NCBI GenBank assembly: GCA_964347045.1
Contig: CAYFXC010000002.1
Span: 96,001 to 160,000 of the forward strand
Reading direction: 5' to 3'
DNA from: an uncultured archaeon
GTDB taxonomy: Archaea; Asgardarchaeota; Hermodarchaeia; Hermodarchaeales; Hermodarchaeaceae
DNA length: 64,000 bases
Of this stretch, positions 20,207 through 28,291 are shown in pieces. Under the pieces are notes generated by a model. That model made no database searches and was not told the origin of the DNA. It saw only the letters and a list, made by a program, of their open reading frames with translations. Numbering within the stretch: the stretch's first letter is position 1; each line of letters begins with the position of its first letter. The position numbers were made by a program, and so were the translations under genes.

Positions 20207-20284
20207 CGTGAAGCCATTGGTTGTGTGGAATTGAAGCCCAAATAGCTTATCCTTTGAAGAAAAATGCCATTTCTTCAAAAAACC

Positions 20285-20482
20285 AAAAAAAATCCGCCGG
20301 GTCTTCATCGTTCCTTCCCCTCCATTTTGGCACTTCCCGGTCCAAGTTTGTATGGGTGGCATTGGACCTTTTTGGACAACGGATCCGGAGTTGTTGTCCG
20401 GTTACCGTGAAGACCCGGCGTCAGTCAGCGTCCAAGGTCCGCGTCCCTGGTGTTGCAATGTCAATACCTGTTGTAAGCGTGA
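20285..20482 (-). ncRNA. Putative multibranch 3' RNA element of peptide locus D, ending in U8
   Basis: Perfect 13-bp IR 20295-20307/20408-20420 enclosing two 7-bp hairpins (20339-45/20362-68; 20374-80/20393-99); A8 at 20285-20292. Confidence 0.65.
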
Positions 20483-20626
20483 TTAGCGTCGTGAAGTGAC
20501 GATGGCGAAGTTGATTCGATCGCGGGGGGTGCCTTTGGGGTTCTTTGCACCTGTCACAGCGCGTTCTGTGACCGGCATTTTGGGAATGATATTTTTCTTG
20601 TGTCCGGTTTCTTTCTTATTGGTCAT
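20483..20626 (-). CDS. 47-aa basic peptide D (MTNKKETGHKKNIIPKMPVTERAVTGAKNPKGTPRDRINFAIVTSRR)
   Basis: Hand translation; SD GGAAGGTGA; homologous to peptides A and B. Confidence 0.82.
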   Translation of the reverse strand: MTNKKETGHKKNIIPKMPVTERAVTGAKNPKGTPRDRINFAIVTSRR

Positions 20627-20684
20627 TTTCTATCACCTTCCTGACGATGCAGGTCAAGTGTGTATAACCCTTAGATTGCCTATT

Positions 20685-20710
20685 ATTCGATGGGAGCTTG
20701 TCGGTGCAAA
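20685..20710 (-). promoter_or_regulatory. Conserved upstream element, copy D (TTTGCAC-N6-GCTCCCATCGAAT)
   Basis: 11-mer at 20687-20697, 60 nt before the ATG, same spacing as locus A. Confidence 0.75.
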
Positions 20711-20801
20711 AATCCGACAAAATAATGAGAGTTGAACCATCTTTTGCACTAGTTAGTGCAAAATTTAGATTGGTAACGGTTTTAGTTCGAGAAGGGGGTA
20801 A

Positions 20802-20981
20802 ACCGGGTCCGCAGAAGCTCCAGGCCAAAGGAGTCAGAAGGGTAGTAGGTCCGTTGCCGGATCGCTGCTACGCCGATCACCCGACAACGGATGGAGGCGA
20901 TTGGTGCTTGTGCAGACCCGAGATATTAGGCTGAGAGGAGGACCGGATGGCTTTGTAGTCACCATGGGGATTCCTCACAGT
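20802..20981 (-). ncRNA. Putative structured 3' RNA element of peptide locus B
   Basis: Closing stem CGGGUCUGCA/UGCGGACCCG (20911-20/20804-13) and inner UCCGUUGUCGG/CCGGCAACGGA (20881-91/20850-60), G-U pairs on the minus strand. Confidence 0.6.
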
Positions 20982-21122
20982 CTAGCGTCGACTAAGGACC
21001 AGCATAACTGCGTACCGAGTGCGTGGTTTTGCAATCGGATGGGGGTTGCGGCAGCCAGCGATAGCTCGTTCAGAAGCCGACATTTCAGCGATTTTCTTGT
21101 GTTTATACTTGGATTTGGCCAT
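20982..21122 (-). CDS. 46-aa basic peptide B (MAKSKYKHKKIAEMSASERAIAGCRNPHPIAKPRTRYAVMLVLSRR)
   Basis: Internal ATG of track ORF 20982-21284 with SD GGAGGG; homologous to A and D. Confidence 0.82.
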   Translation of the reverse strand: MAKSKYKHKKIAEMSASERAIAGCRNPHPIAKPRTRYAVMLVLSRR

Positions 21123-21206
21123 TCTCAAATCCCTCCAATTGTGTTGTCTCCGGGATTCCCGGGGAGAAACCCCGTTGCATGTGAAAGAAGGCGGCCGTTT
21201 GATAAG

Positions 21207-21232
21207 AATCGATGGGAGCCAAGAAGTGCAAA
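21207..21232 (-). promoter_or_regulatory. Conserved upstream element, copy B (TTTGCAC-N6-GCTCCCATCGATT)
   Basis: 11-mer at 21209-21219, 86 nt before the ATG; extra length matches a leader hairpin. Confidence 0.75.
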
Positions 21233-21420
21233 TCTTCTCGAAAGAAACCTGTGAAAGATAGTTTTTTTGAACCACATTATGCAAAATTTAGCTTTAAATT
21301 AGGAAGTTTTCCGTTTGGGTTGATTTTCACTATCAGAGTTTGTGAATAAGTTTTCTTAAGATTTTTTTGGGGTGTTCTGCGAAGGCTTTTGTGAACTCGG
21401 TTATAGTGTAACCTGGTGAG

Positions 21421-21945
21421 TTGATGATCAAGCAAGAAATGGAGCCGATGGCGGGAATACAGGCGTTACCGGCATTTCCGGTGGTTCTCGTTACTGTGCA
21501 GGATAACGTGATGACAGCGGCAGCATTTCATTTCTTTTCTTTTAACCCGCCGAGTGTGATGGTGGGAATTCGTCCACAGGCGCATACATTTAAACTAATT
21601 TTAAAGAGTCGTGAATTTGGAATTAATTTACCTCAGAAGGAGCAAATTGATGTGGTTCGAGTTTGTGGTTCAGTGTCAGCGAGAGATGAAGATAAGTTCC
21701 AAAAAACAGGGTTGACACCAATGAAAGGAACAGTTATTAATAGCGTGTTGGTGGCAGACTGTCCGGTAAATTTGGAGTGTCGAGTGGTTCATGAGGTTCA
21801 GTTTGAGGGAAGCCATCGGTGGTTTGTGGGAGAAGTTGTTGCAGCCCATATTGCGGAGGATTATTCTAAAGATACAATGCTAATGTATTGGGCTCGTGAA
21901 TATCGTCGTGTTGGGGATGTGTTATTGAGTGTGAAACGCCGTTAA
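21421..21945 (+). CDS. Flavin reductase family protein
   Basis: FPVVLVT, NVMTA, CGSVSARDEDKF, CPVNLECRV, HRWFVGEV. Confidence 0.9.
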   Translation: MMIKQEMEPMAGIQALPAFPVVLVTVQDNVMTAAAFHFFSFNPPSVMVGIRPQAHTFKLILKSREFGINLPQKEQIDVVRVCGSVSARDEDKFQKTGLTPMKGTVINSVLVADCPVNLECRVVHEVQFEGSHRWFVGEVVAAHIAEDYSKDTMLMYWAREYRRVGDVLLSVKRR

Positions 21946-22020
21946 TGTGAATTAGTGAATGGAGAGAACTTTTCTTTGAAAGAAGTGTGGTGAAGGTGGA
22001 AATTAGGATTTGATTATACT

Positions 22021-22458
22021 ATGAATCCACTACAGGTGTTTCCTTTCAAGAACATGCCTAAAATGGTCGATTTAATCGCTGAAGGCGAAGTAGGTGTAGG
22101 CGCTGTTCGGTCTGCGACAGGTATGTGTGGGTTTGATTCCACTGAGGTTTCTGATATGTTAGCGTATTTGACTAGTTTTGGCCGAGTGGAAACGAAGGAA
22201 AATGGGTGGATAATCCTAAGGGCGGAAGAGGAAGCAGTATATGGGCGGTTTCGGAAGGCGTATCTGAAAGCGCCGATAGCTATTCTGTCTAATTTGTCTG
22301 AAGAAGTGAAATCGGTTGAACAGCTATCACAGGAAACGGGTCTATCAGTGGAGACTGTTGATCTGTATTTGCCGTTCTTAGTTGAGATTACGCGGCTAGG
22401 TGTAATTAGTCGATGTGCAACTGAGTATCCGGTGATTTGGTGCCAAAAATCAAAGTAA
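22021..22458 (+). CDS. Hypothetical protein, likely tandem winged-helix
   Basis: KSVEQLSQETGLSVETVDLYLPFL and a similar N-terminal helix pattern. Confidence 0.5.
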   Translation: MNPLQVFPFKNMPKMVDLIAEGEVGVGAVRSATGMCGFDSTEVSDMLAYLTSFGRVETKENGWIILRAEEEAVYGRFRKAYLKAPIAILSNLSEEVKSVEQLSQETGLSVETVDLYLPFLVEITRLGVISRCATEYPVIWCQKSK

Positions 22459-22753
22459 CTGATCGAGTTGTGATAGGATTTCTCTCGCTTTACCAGAAAG
22501 GTGAATATCTGTCCCGATTGTGAGCAGTGTTGTTTCGACGTTTACTTCGAGGATTTGCTCCTCGTGTTGCCTGATAATAAGAGGAAATATGACGACAGGT
22601 TTGACAGTTGCAGAGGATTACACAGGGAGAGTATCTGCTGGTTGGAGTTTAGCAAACACTTGATCCATGATTTCAAAAGGAAGGCTTTAACCGAACCTGA
22701 AAACTTTGAAAAAATGAATGTTTTTTATCTTTTAAAGCACCTAAGATTTTGCC

Positions 22754-23122
22754 ATGACGCGCGTAGTTCATTTTGAAATCGCTGTCGATAGCCCGGATCG
22801 AGCAATCAAATTCTATCAGTCAGTTTTTGGTTGGAAAATTGAGAAATGGGAAGGTCCAGTGGATTACTGGATGGCCGTCACTGGTGAAGAAGGTGTACCT
22901 GGAATTGATGGTGCCTTTCAACTTCGATCGGATGCTCCACAACCCATTATCAACATTATTAGTACTTCCAATGTCGATCAAACGGTTAATCAAATCGTGA
23001 AAGCAAATGGTTCAATTCTTCGCCCAAAAATGGCTGTCCCTGGAGTTGGCTGGGCGGCATATGCCAAGGATACAGAAGGGAACGTTTTCGGGTTGATGCA
23101 AAGCGATCCAGAAGCAAAATAG
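22754..23122 (+). CDS. VOC family protein
   Basis: VVHFEI, FYQSVFGW, PGVGWAAYAKDTEGNVFGL. Confidence 0.92.
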   Translation: MTRVVHFEIAVDSPDRAIKFYQSVFGWKIEKWEGPVDYWMAVTGEEGVPGIDGAFQLRSDAPQPIINIISTSNVDQTVNQIVKANGSILRPKMAVPGVGWAAYAKDTEGNVFGLMQSDPEAK

Positions 23123-23193
23123 AATAGTTTAGGAATTCCAAGAGAAAGCGTTAAAGCTCCTGACTAGTTGCTCAACCTTCCAATAATTGGAAT

Positions 23194-24798
23194 TCATTGC
23201 ACCCGCCATCGTCGAATGAATATCCAGAGTATTAAAGCCATTATTATTAGAATACCAAGAGTTAGGATGAGTGGAGCTAGCCAGGGGTTGAATAGAGTTG
23301 GTGGCACTAATGTTATTGTGACAGTGATTATGTTGCTCCAAGGGCTAAAGAGATTGTTATTGTCTCGTGCTCGGACTCGAAAATTGTAAGTTCCAGGGGG
23401 ATGATTAGAAAGAAGTAAGCTTGTGGTGTTGACGTTCCATGTTCTATCGGGAATGTGGAAAAATGGAGTGGTATCCATTTGTATTTCATAGATATCGATT
23501 GTACCGTCAGCATCTAATGCATTCGTCCATGATAGGATGAGAGACCCATAAGGATTGAGGATAGTTGGTTCTAGTAATTCCACGGGTCCGGGACTCGTTT
23601 CGCCATTGTTGCCAATTTTCACAAGAAAGCCATTTGTTGATTCGGTAAGCCAACCAGAGGTAATTCCTGAAAAATAGTGACCATTATTTCCGCTGGCGAA
23701 TCCGAAAGGTTGGCAACTTCCTGTTCCCCCCCAAGATCTTTCCCAGTTGAGTGCCCCTGTGACATTATAGTTGAGAAGATTTACTCGGTATCCAGCGTCA
23801 GGATCCTCATATTCACTTCCCACATAGATGTTATCTTCAGTGGCGAAAAGGTCGATTCCTTCATGATTTAATCCGGTGTTTTTGATTTCTTCCCAAAGCA
23901 AGATGCTGGTGCTATTGTATTTCCGCAAGAAGAGCTCACCGGTACTGCTGGAACTGAAAGATTGAGTGGAGCCGGTAACATACACACTATCATTGTAGAC
24001 ATTTACAGCACGGGCAAGATCTTTCAGAGCTCCACCCCATGTTACATTCCAAATTAGGATACCAGTTGGGGAGAATTTGGCAAGAAATGCATTGTTGTCT
24101 GAACCGTCCCATAAATTTCCATAATCACCAACTAGATATACACCATCCGAACCAACAGCAATACCATACCCGCGGTCAACAGGGGCCAAGTCCCAGAGTT
24201 CAGACCAAACTTCATTTCCATCAAAATCAAATTTCGCGATCAGTGCATCAGCATCATCGAGTTGAGATCTCTGTATAATTCCACCAACATAAACACCATC
24301 GATTCCTATCCCAATGCTTGTAAACCATTCACTCGGAGAATTCCCGAATGAGACATTCCAGAGTTGATTACCATTGAAGTCTAATTTTACGAGCAAGCCA
24401 TTTGTTCCAAAAAGACCACTAGTGGTCTTCCCAGCAAGATAGACCGCATCCATGGAGGTTGTTAAAGCAGAGGCAGCTTCATCATATGGAGCTTTCCAAG
24501 TCTGATTCCACAGGAGTTCCCCTTCGACAGAATATTTAAGCAAGAGTATGTTTTGCTTCATATCTTCTAGGTCCTGTGTGGTCCCCGCTACATAGATGCC
24601 ACCAGTGCCAGAAGCGACAGAAGAGAAGTTATCGTTTTGTGTTCGCATCCAAAGTAGGCTCCATGGGTCGTTTGGGTCTAAAGGTGATGCGAGAATGCTA
24701 ATCGGTGGTTGTTCGGCAAAATATGATGAAGTCGTTAACACTAGCACTAGGAGGAAAATGATTAGAAAGGCTACACCCCGTGGTTTCAAGGATACCAA
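23194..24798 (-). CDS. Cell-surface protein: SBBP-like beta-propeller repeats, FN3 domain, C-terminal TM
   Basis: Repeated VYVxG...LxKY/F...GxxxW units; YEIQ...YNFRVRARD...SPWS; signal peptide and TM anchor. Confidence 0.85.
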   Translation of the reverse strand: MVSLKPRGVAFLIIFLLVLVLTTSSYFAEQPPISILASPLDPNDPWSLLWMRTQNDNFSSVASGTGGIYVAGTTQDLEDMKQNILLLKYSVEGELLWNQTWKAPYDEAASALTTSMDAVYLAGKTTSGLFGTNGLLVKLDFNGNQLWNVSFGNSPSEWFTSIGIGIDGVYVGGIIQRSQLDDADALIAKFDFDGNEVWSELWDLAPVDRGYGIAVGSDGVYLVGDYGNLWDGSDNNAFLAKFSPTGILIWNVTWGGALKDLARAVNVYNDSVYVTGSTQSFSSSSTGELFLRKYNSTSILLWEEIKNTGLNHEGIDLFATEDNIYVGSEYEDPDAGYRVNLLNYNVTGALNWERSWGGTGSCQPFGFASGNNGHYFSGITSGWLTESTNGFLVKIGNNGETSPGPVELLEPTILNPYGSLILSWTNALDADGTIDIYEIQMDTTPFFHIPDRTWNVNTTSLLLSNHPPGTYNFRVRARDNNNLFSPWSNIITVTITLVPPTLFNPWLAPLILTLGILIIMALILWIFIRRWRVQ

Positions 24799-24870
24799 GA
24801 CCTTTTTCGAATAGTCGATAATCCAGTGATTCGTGTATATGAGGCTTCGTTTCAGGGCAGAATTTATGGT

Positions 24871-25314
24871 TTAGAGATTTTTGAGGGCATTATGTATTTT
24901 TTTGGCCTGGGCTTGCATTTCTTCGGTTGGTGGTGTTGTTCCATAATCAGGCCCTGCTTGGATACGCAATCCGTCACCTTCGAATCGTGGAATAACATGG
25001 ATGTGTATATGGGGGATTTCTTGAAATGCCGCCTTCCCATCAGCAAGCCAGACGTTAATCCCTTCACAGCGTATTCCGGATTTGCGGAGTGCCGCAGCGA
25101 TGCGTCCTGCTATTTGGAAAAGGCGGCCACTCAGCTTTGGATCCAGCGCCCCTAAGCTAGCGACGTGGCCCTTAGGAATAACGAGAGTATGACCAGGATT
25201 AATTGGTCGAATGTCAAGAAATGCAATGATTTCGTCGTTTTCATAGACTATGCTAGCAGGCAATTTTTTTGCAATGATGTTACAGAAGATACAATCAGTT
25301 GAGGATTTACTCAT
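24871..25314 (-). CDS. HIT family protein
   Basis: CIFC, GHTLVIPK, HIHIHVIPR. Confidence 0.95.
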   Translation of the reverse strand: MSKSSTDCIFCNIIAKKLPASIVYENDEIIAFLDIRPINPGHTLVIPKGHVASLGALDPKLSGRLFQIAGRIAAALRKSGIRCEGINVWLADGKAAFQEIPHIHIHVIPRFEGDGLRIQAGPDYGTTPPTEEMQAQAKKIHNALKNL

Positions 25315-25470
25315 AACTGTGTCTTGGTGCTAACCTTTGATAAATGCCTTTGTGCCAGACGTGTTGGTTAAACTATTTATTATCTCTGGCTTGGTTCAAG
25401 AGAGAGTAGATTTGTTCATCGTTGAAAATTATCTCGTCTTTAACTTTGCATTCCTTGATACAAAGGAGAA

Positions 25471-25704
25471 TTACTTGAGTGTGATCTCTCCTACGCTGCC
25501 TTGGTTTTCGATTAATTCTTCATATGTAGCCACTGAACTATCAGGAAAAACGAAGCTTATAAGAGTGATTTCATCTGTCCTCGGAAATTCGGCAAGTCGA
25601 AGCAATTAATTTACCCATCTCTCTCGGACATCGCTGGGAGTAACAACGGCGTCTGGAGCCCCAGTTTCGCCCATAATAATTTTGCCTTATTCAGAAAGTC
25701 GCTG
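25471..25704 (-). pseudogene. Possible glycoside hydrolase (clan A) C-terminal remnant
   Basis: Single frame QRLSE*GKIIMGETGAPDAVVTPSDVRERWVN*LLRLAEFPR... with in-frame stops at 25687 and 25606. Confidence 0.35.
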
Positions 25705-25833
25705 ATTTCAATATGATTGAATGCTATTATCTTATTGTTTTTCTGATGATTTCTTAGTTGCGTGTGAATCTGCGAAAACTATTTGTGGAATCTGCTCTGA
25801 CAGGGTGTCAGATTTGTGTTTGGTGTATTATCG

Positions 25834-27666
25834 ATGAAAGGCTGGACTGGAAAGCTATTACGTGTCAACCTAGCGACTAAGGAAGTAACCCCGGAAGTGT
25901 ACTCCAAGGATTTTGCCTGGCAATTTGTGGGTGGTCGAGGATTTGCTGTGAAAATCCTATGGGATGAGGTACCTCGGGGGACCGACCCGTTATCACCAGG
26001 GAACAAATTCATTGCAGCCGTTGGCCCACTTTCGGGACTCTCAATGCCCAATGTTGGAAAAACGGTTGTGGCATCAAAAAGCCCACTGACAGGCATCTAT
26101 GGTGACGGAAATATCGGTTCACACTTTGGTTCACAACTCCGTCGATCTGGTTATGATCTTGTTGTAGTTGAAGGAAAAGCAGAGAACCCTGTTTATGTTT
26201 TAATTGAAGATTCCGATGTTAATATTCTCGATGCAGGTCAATTATGGGGTAAAGGAGCATTCGAAGCGGAACAGAAACTAGAAGATATCCATGGTAAGAA
26301 CATCGGCACTCTCATAATTGGTCAGGGTGGCGAAAATCTTGTTAAGTATGCCATTGTCCGCTCCATGATGGGACGTGCAGGTGGTCGCCCAGGAATAGGA
26401 GCAGTGATGGGTTCAAAGAAGCTGAAAGCTTTGGTAGCAAGGGGAAGTACCAGCCCTAAGATTGAAGACATTCAAACGTTTCGTCAACTTGGTCGAGATG
26501 GTTTCAAAGATATTCGTGAAAAACCAAGTTACGACGAATGGATGACCCAAGGTACCATGTTAATTCATGCGTGGTGTCAGGAGTTTAGTATTCTCCCCAG
26601 CTATAATTTCAAGGAAGGGCAATTTGAGCATGCTGAAGCCCTGAGCGGAGACACGATGGAAACCATGAAAGAAAAAACTCGAGGATGCCCTCATTGCACG
26701 ATGCAGTGTGGTCATTCTATCAAAGATTCAGAAGGCAAACCTGCGGAGCTGGATTATGAGAATGTAGCATTGCTTGGCTCTAATATTGGATTGCGAGACC
26801 TACGTGAAGTGGCTACACTGAATCGGTTAGCAGACGAATTTGGGCTTGACACTATTTCACTTGGAAATACCATTGGTTTTGCAATGGAAGCATCAGAAAA
26901 GGGGATAATTGATGAAAAGTTAGATTGGGGAGACTTTCAAGCCACAAAGCAGTTGATTTCAGATATCGCTTTTCGTAGAGGTTCCCTCGGACCCTTGCTT
27001 GCTGAGGGAACTCGGAATTACGCTTCGAAACTAGGCAAAGAAGCAATGGACTTTGCAATGCAAATTAAAGGATTAGAAATTTCAGGATACGACTGTCACG
27101 CAGCCCCAGGTATGGCTCTGTCATTCGGTGTCAGTTCTATTGGAGCACATCACAAGGAAAGTTGGATTATCACCTATGAAGTTGATGTAGGTCGTGAATC
27201 CTACGATGAAAGTAAAGTAGACAAAATCATTGAATTACAACGGATTCGTGGCGGAATGTTTGAACAACTTGTTGGTTGTCGATTTCCCTGGATAGAATTG
27301 GGATTTAATCTTGAATGGTATCCAAAATATTTTGCAGCTGCCACTGGATTAAAATGGACCCTCGATGATTTTTGGGTTGTTGCAGATCGTATCTATTCTC
27401 TAGTTCGAGCATATGGAGTACGTGAATTTAATGGTGAGTGGGATCGCTCAATGGATTATCCACCTACTCGTTGGTTTAAGGAGCCCTTATCGTGTGGCCC
27501 GCTAGCCGGAATGAAACTTGACAAAGACGGTTATGAGAAAATGCTTTCTTGGTATTATCAAAAGCGAGGTTGGGATGAACGAGGAATCCCCACGAAGAAA
27601 CGACTATCTGACCAAGGATTAGCTTGGATTATCCCTGAGCTTGAAGAAGTCACTACACTATCGTGA
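25834..27666 (+). CDS. aor: Tungsten aldehyde:ferredoxin oxidoreductase family
   Basis: KSPLTG, RAGGRPGIGAVMGSKKLKA, CxxCxxxC, DEFGLDTIS, YYQKRGWDERGIP. Confidence 0.93.
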   Translation: MKGWTGKLLRVNLATKEVTPEVYSKDFAWQFVGGRGFAVKILWDEVPRGTDPLSPGNKFIAAVGPLSGLSMPNVGKTVVASKSPLTGIYGDGNIGSHFGSQLRRSGYDLVVVEGKAENPVYVLIEDSDVNILDAGQLWGKGAFEAEQKLEDIHGKNIGTLIIGQGGENLVKYAIVRSMMGRAGGRPGIGAVMGSKKLKALVARGSTSPKIEDIQTFRQLGRDGFKDIREKPSYDEWMTQGTMLIHAWCQEFSILPSYNFKEGQFEHAEALSGDTMETMKEKTRGCPHCTMQCGHSIKDSEGKPAELDYENVALLGSNIGLRDLREVATLNRLADEFGLDTISLGNTIGFAMEASEKGIIDEKLDWGDFQATKQLISDIAFRRGSLGPLLAEGTRNYASKLGKEAMDFAMQIKGLEISGYDCHAAPGMALSFGVSSIGAHHKESWIITYEVDVGRESYDESKVDKIIELQRIRGGMFEQLVGCRFPWIELGFNLEWYPKYFAAATGLKWTLDDFWVVADRIYSLVRAYGVREFNGEWDRSMDYPPTRWFKEPLSCGPLAGMKLDKDGYEKMLSWYYQKRGWDERGIPTKKRLSDQGLAWIIPELEEVTTLS

Positions 27667-27690
27667 TTTCATAATAATTGAAACCAAATG

Positions 27691-28248
27691 CTAGTCGGTT
27701 TTGTCAGTAAAACTGATGCGAAAAACACAGTTTGCATTCCCTTGCAATCTCCCTTCGGTTTGAGTGACTCGAGCAATATATGGAACCTTCAGATACTCAA
27801 TCCAATGTTGAAGTAGTCCTTCAAGCATTCCAGAAACCAATTCACAATAGCGTAAATCCAATTCGGCTTCGAAGGTATCCTGCGAGCAGATGGGACAAGA
27901 ATTTGTTCGAATAAATAGCGTGCGATCGTCGGTGAATTCCATAGAATCAGGCGGATTTCCTGTGGCTAGTTCCCAATTACGTGCGAGATATTCGTCAACC
28001 CGATTTAGGAAAAGATCTGGAGAATTAGGAAAGAAATCTTTTTTTGGTTCTCCATAGCGACTTACAAGCCCTAATAACAAAGGGGTAGTCATGGTTTTTC
28101 CGAGTGCGTGAAGCGCGCGTTCAATAGCTGTAGGATTACCAGCATGTTCGACGGATAGCACTTCCACTAATCGGAGATAGAAAATCGATAATAGTGGTCC
28201 TGAGAAGAGAGGCGGTTTGTCTGGCGGCTCGGCTTCGTCGGAGGTCAT
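27691..28248 (-). CDS. V4R-domain (TRAPP Bet3-related fold) protein
   Basis: LHALGK, CPIC, CELVSGMLEG, NCVFRI. Confidence 0.7.
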   Translation of the reverse strand: MTSDEAEPPDKPPLFSGPLLSIFYLRLVEVLSVEHAGNPTAIERALHALGKTMTTPLLLGLVSRYGEPKKDFFPNSPDLFLNRVDEYLARNWELATGNPPDSMEFTDDRTLFIRTNSCPICSQDTFEAELDLRYCELVSGMLEGLLQHWIEYLKVPYIARVTQTEGRLQGNANCVFRISFTDKTD

Positions 28249-28291
28249 ATCAATTTCATCCTATTATTTTCTTGACCTAGATTTTTAGAAT

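Noticed and set aside
20285-20981. GC-rich stems as tRNA, SRP RNA, RNase P, hammerhead/HDV ribozyme or MITE
   Set aside because: I found no cloverleaf/T-loop, SRP helix-8 motif, RNase P P4, CUGAUGA/GAAA core or target-site duplications; an Rfam scan is still needed.
20221-21284. Several 70-117 aa track ORFs across the GC-rich region
   Set aside because: Explained as shadows of peptides B and D and their structured RNAs.
22501-22776. 91-aa ORF with CPDCEQCC
   Set aside because: No SD or family pattern, and it overlaps the promoter and start of the VOC gene.
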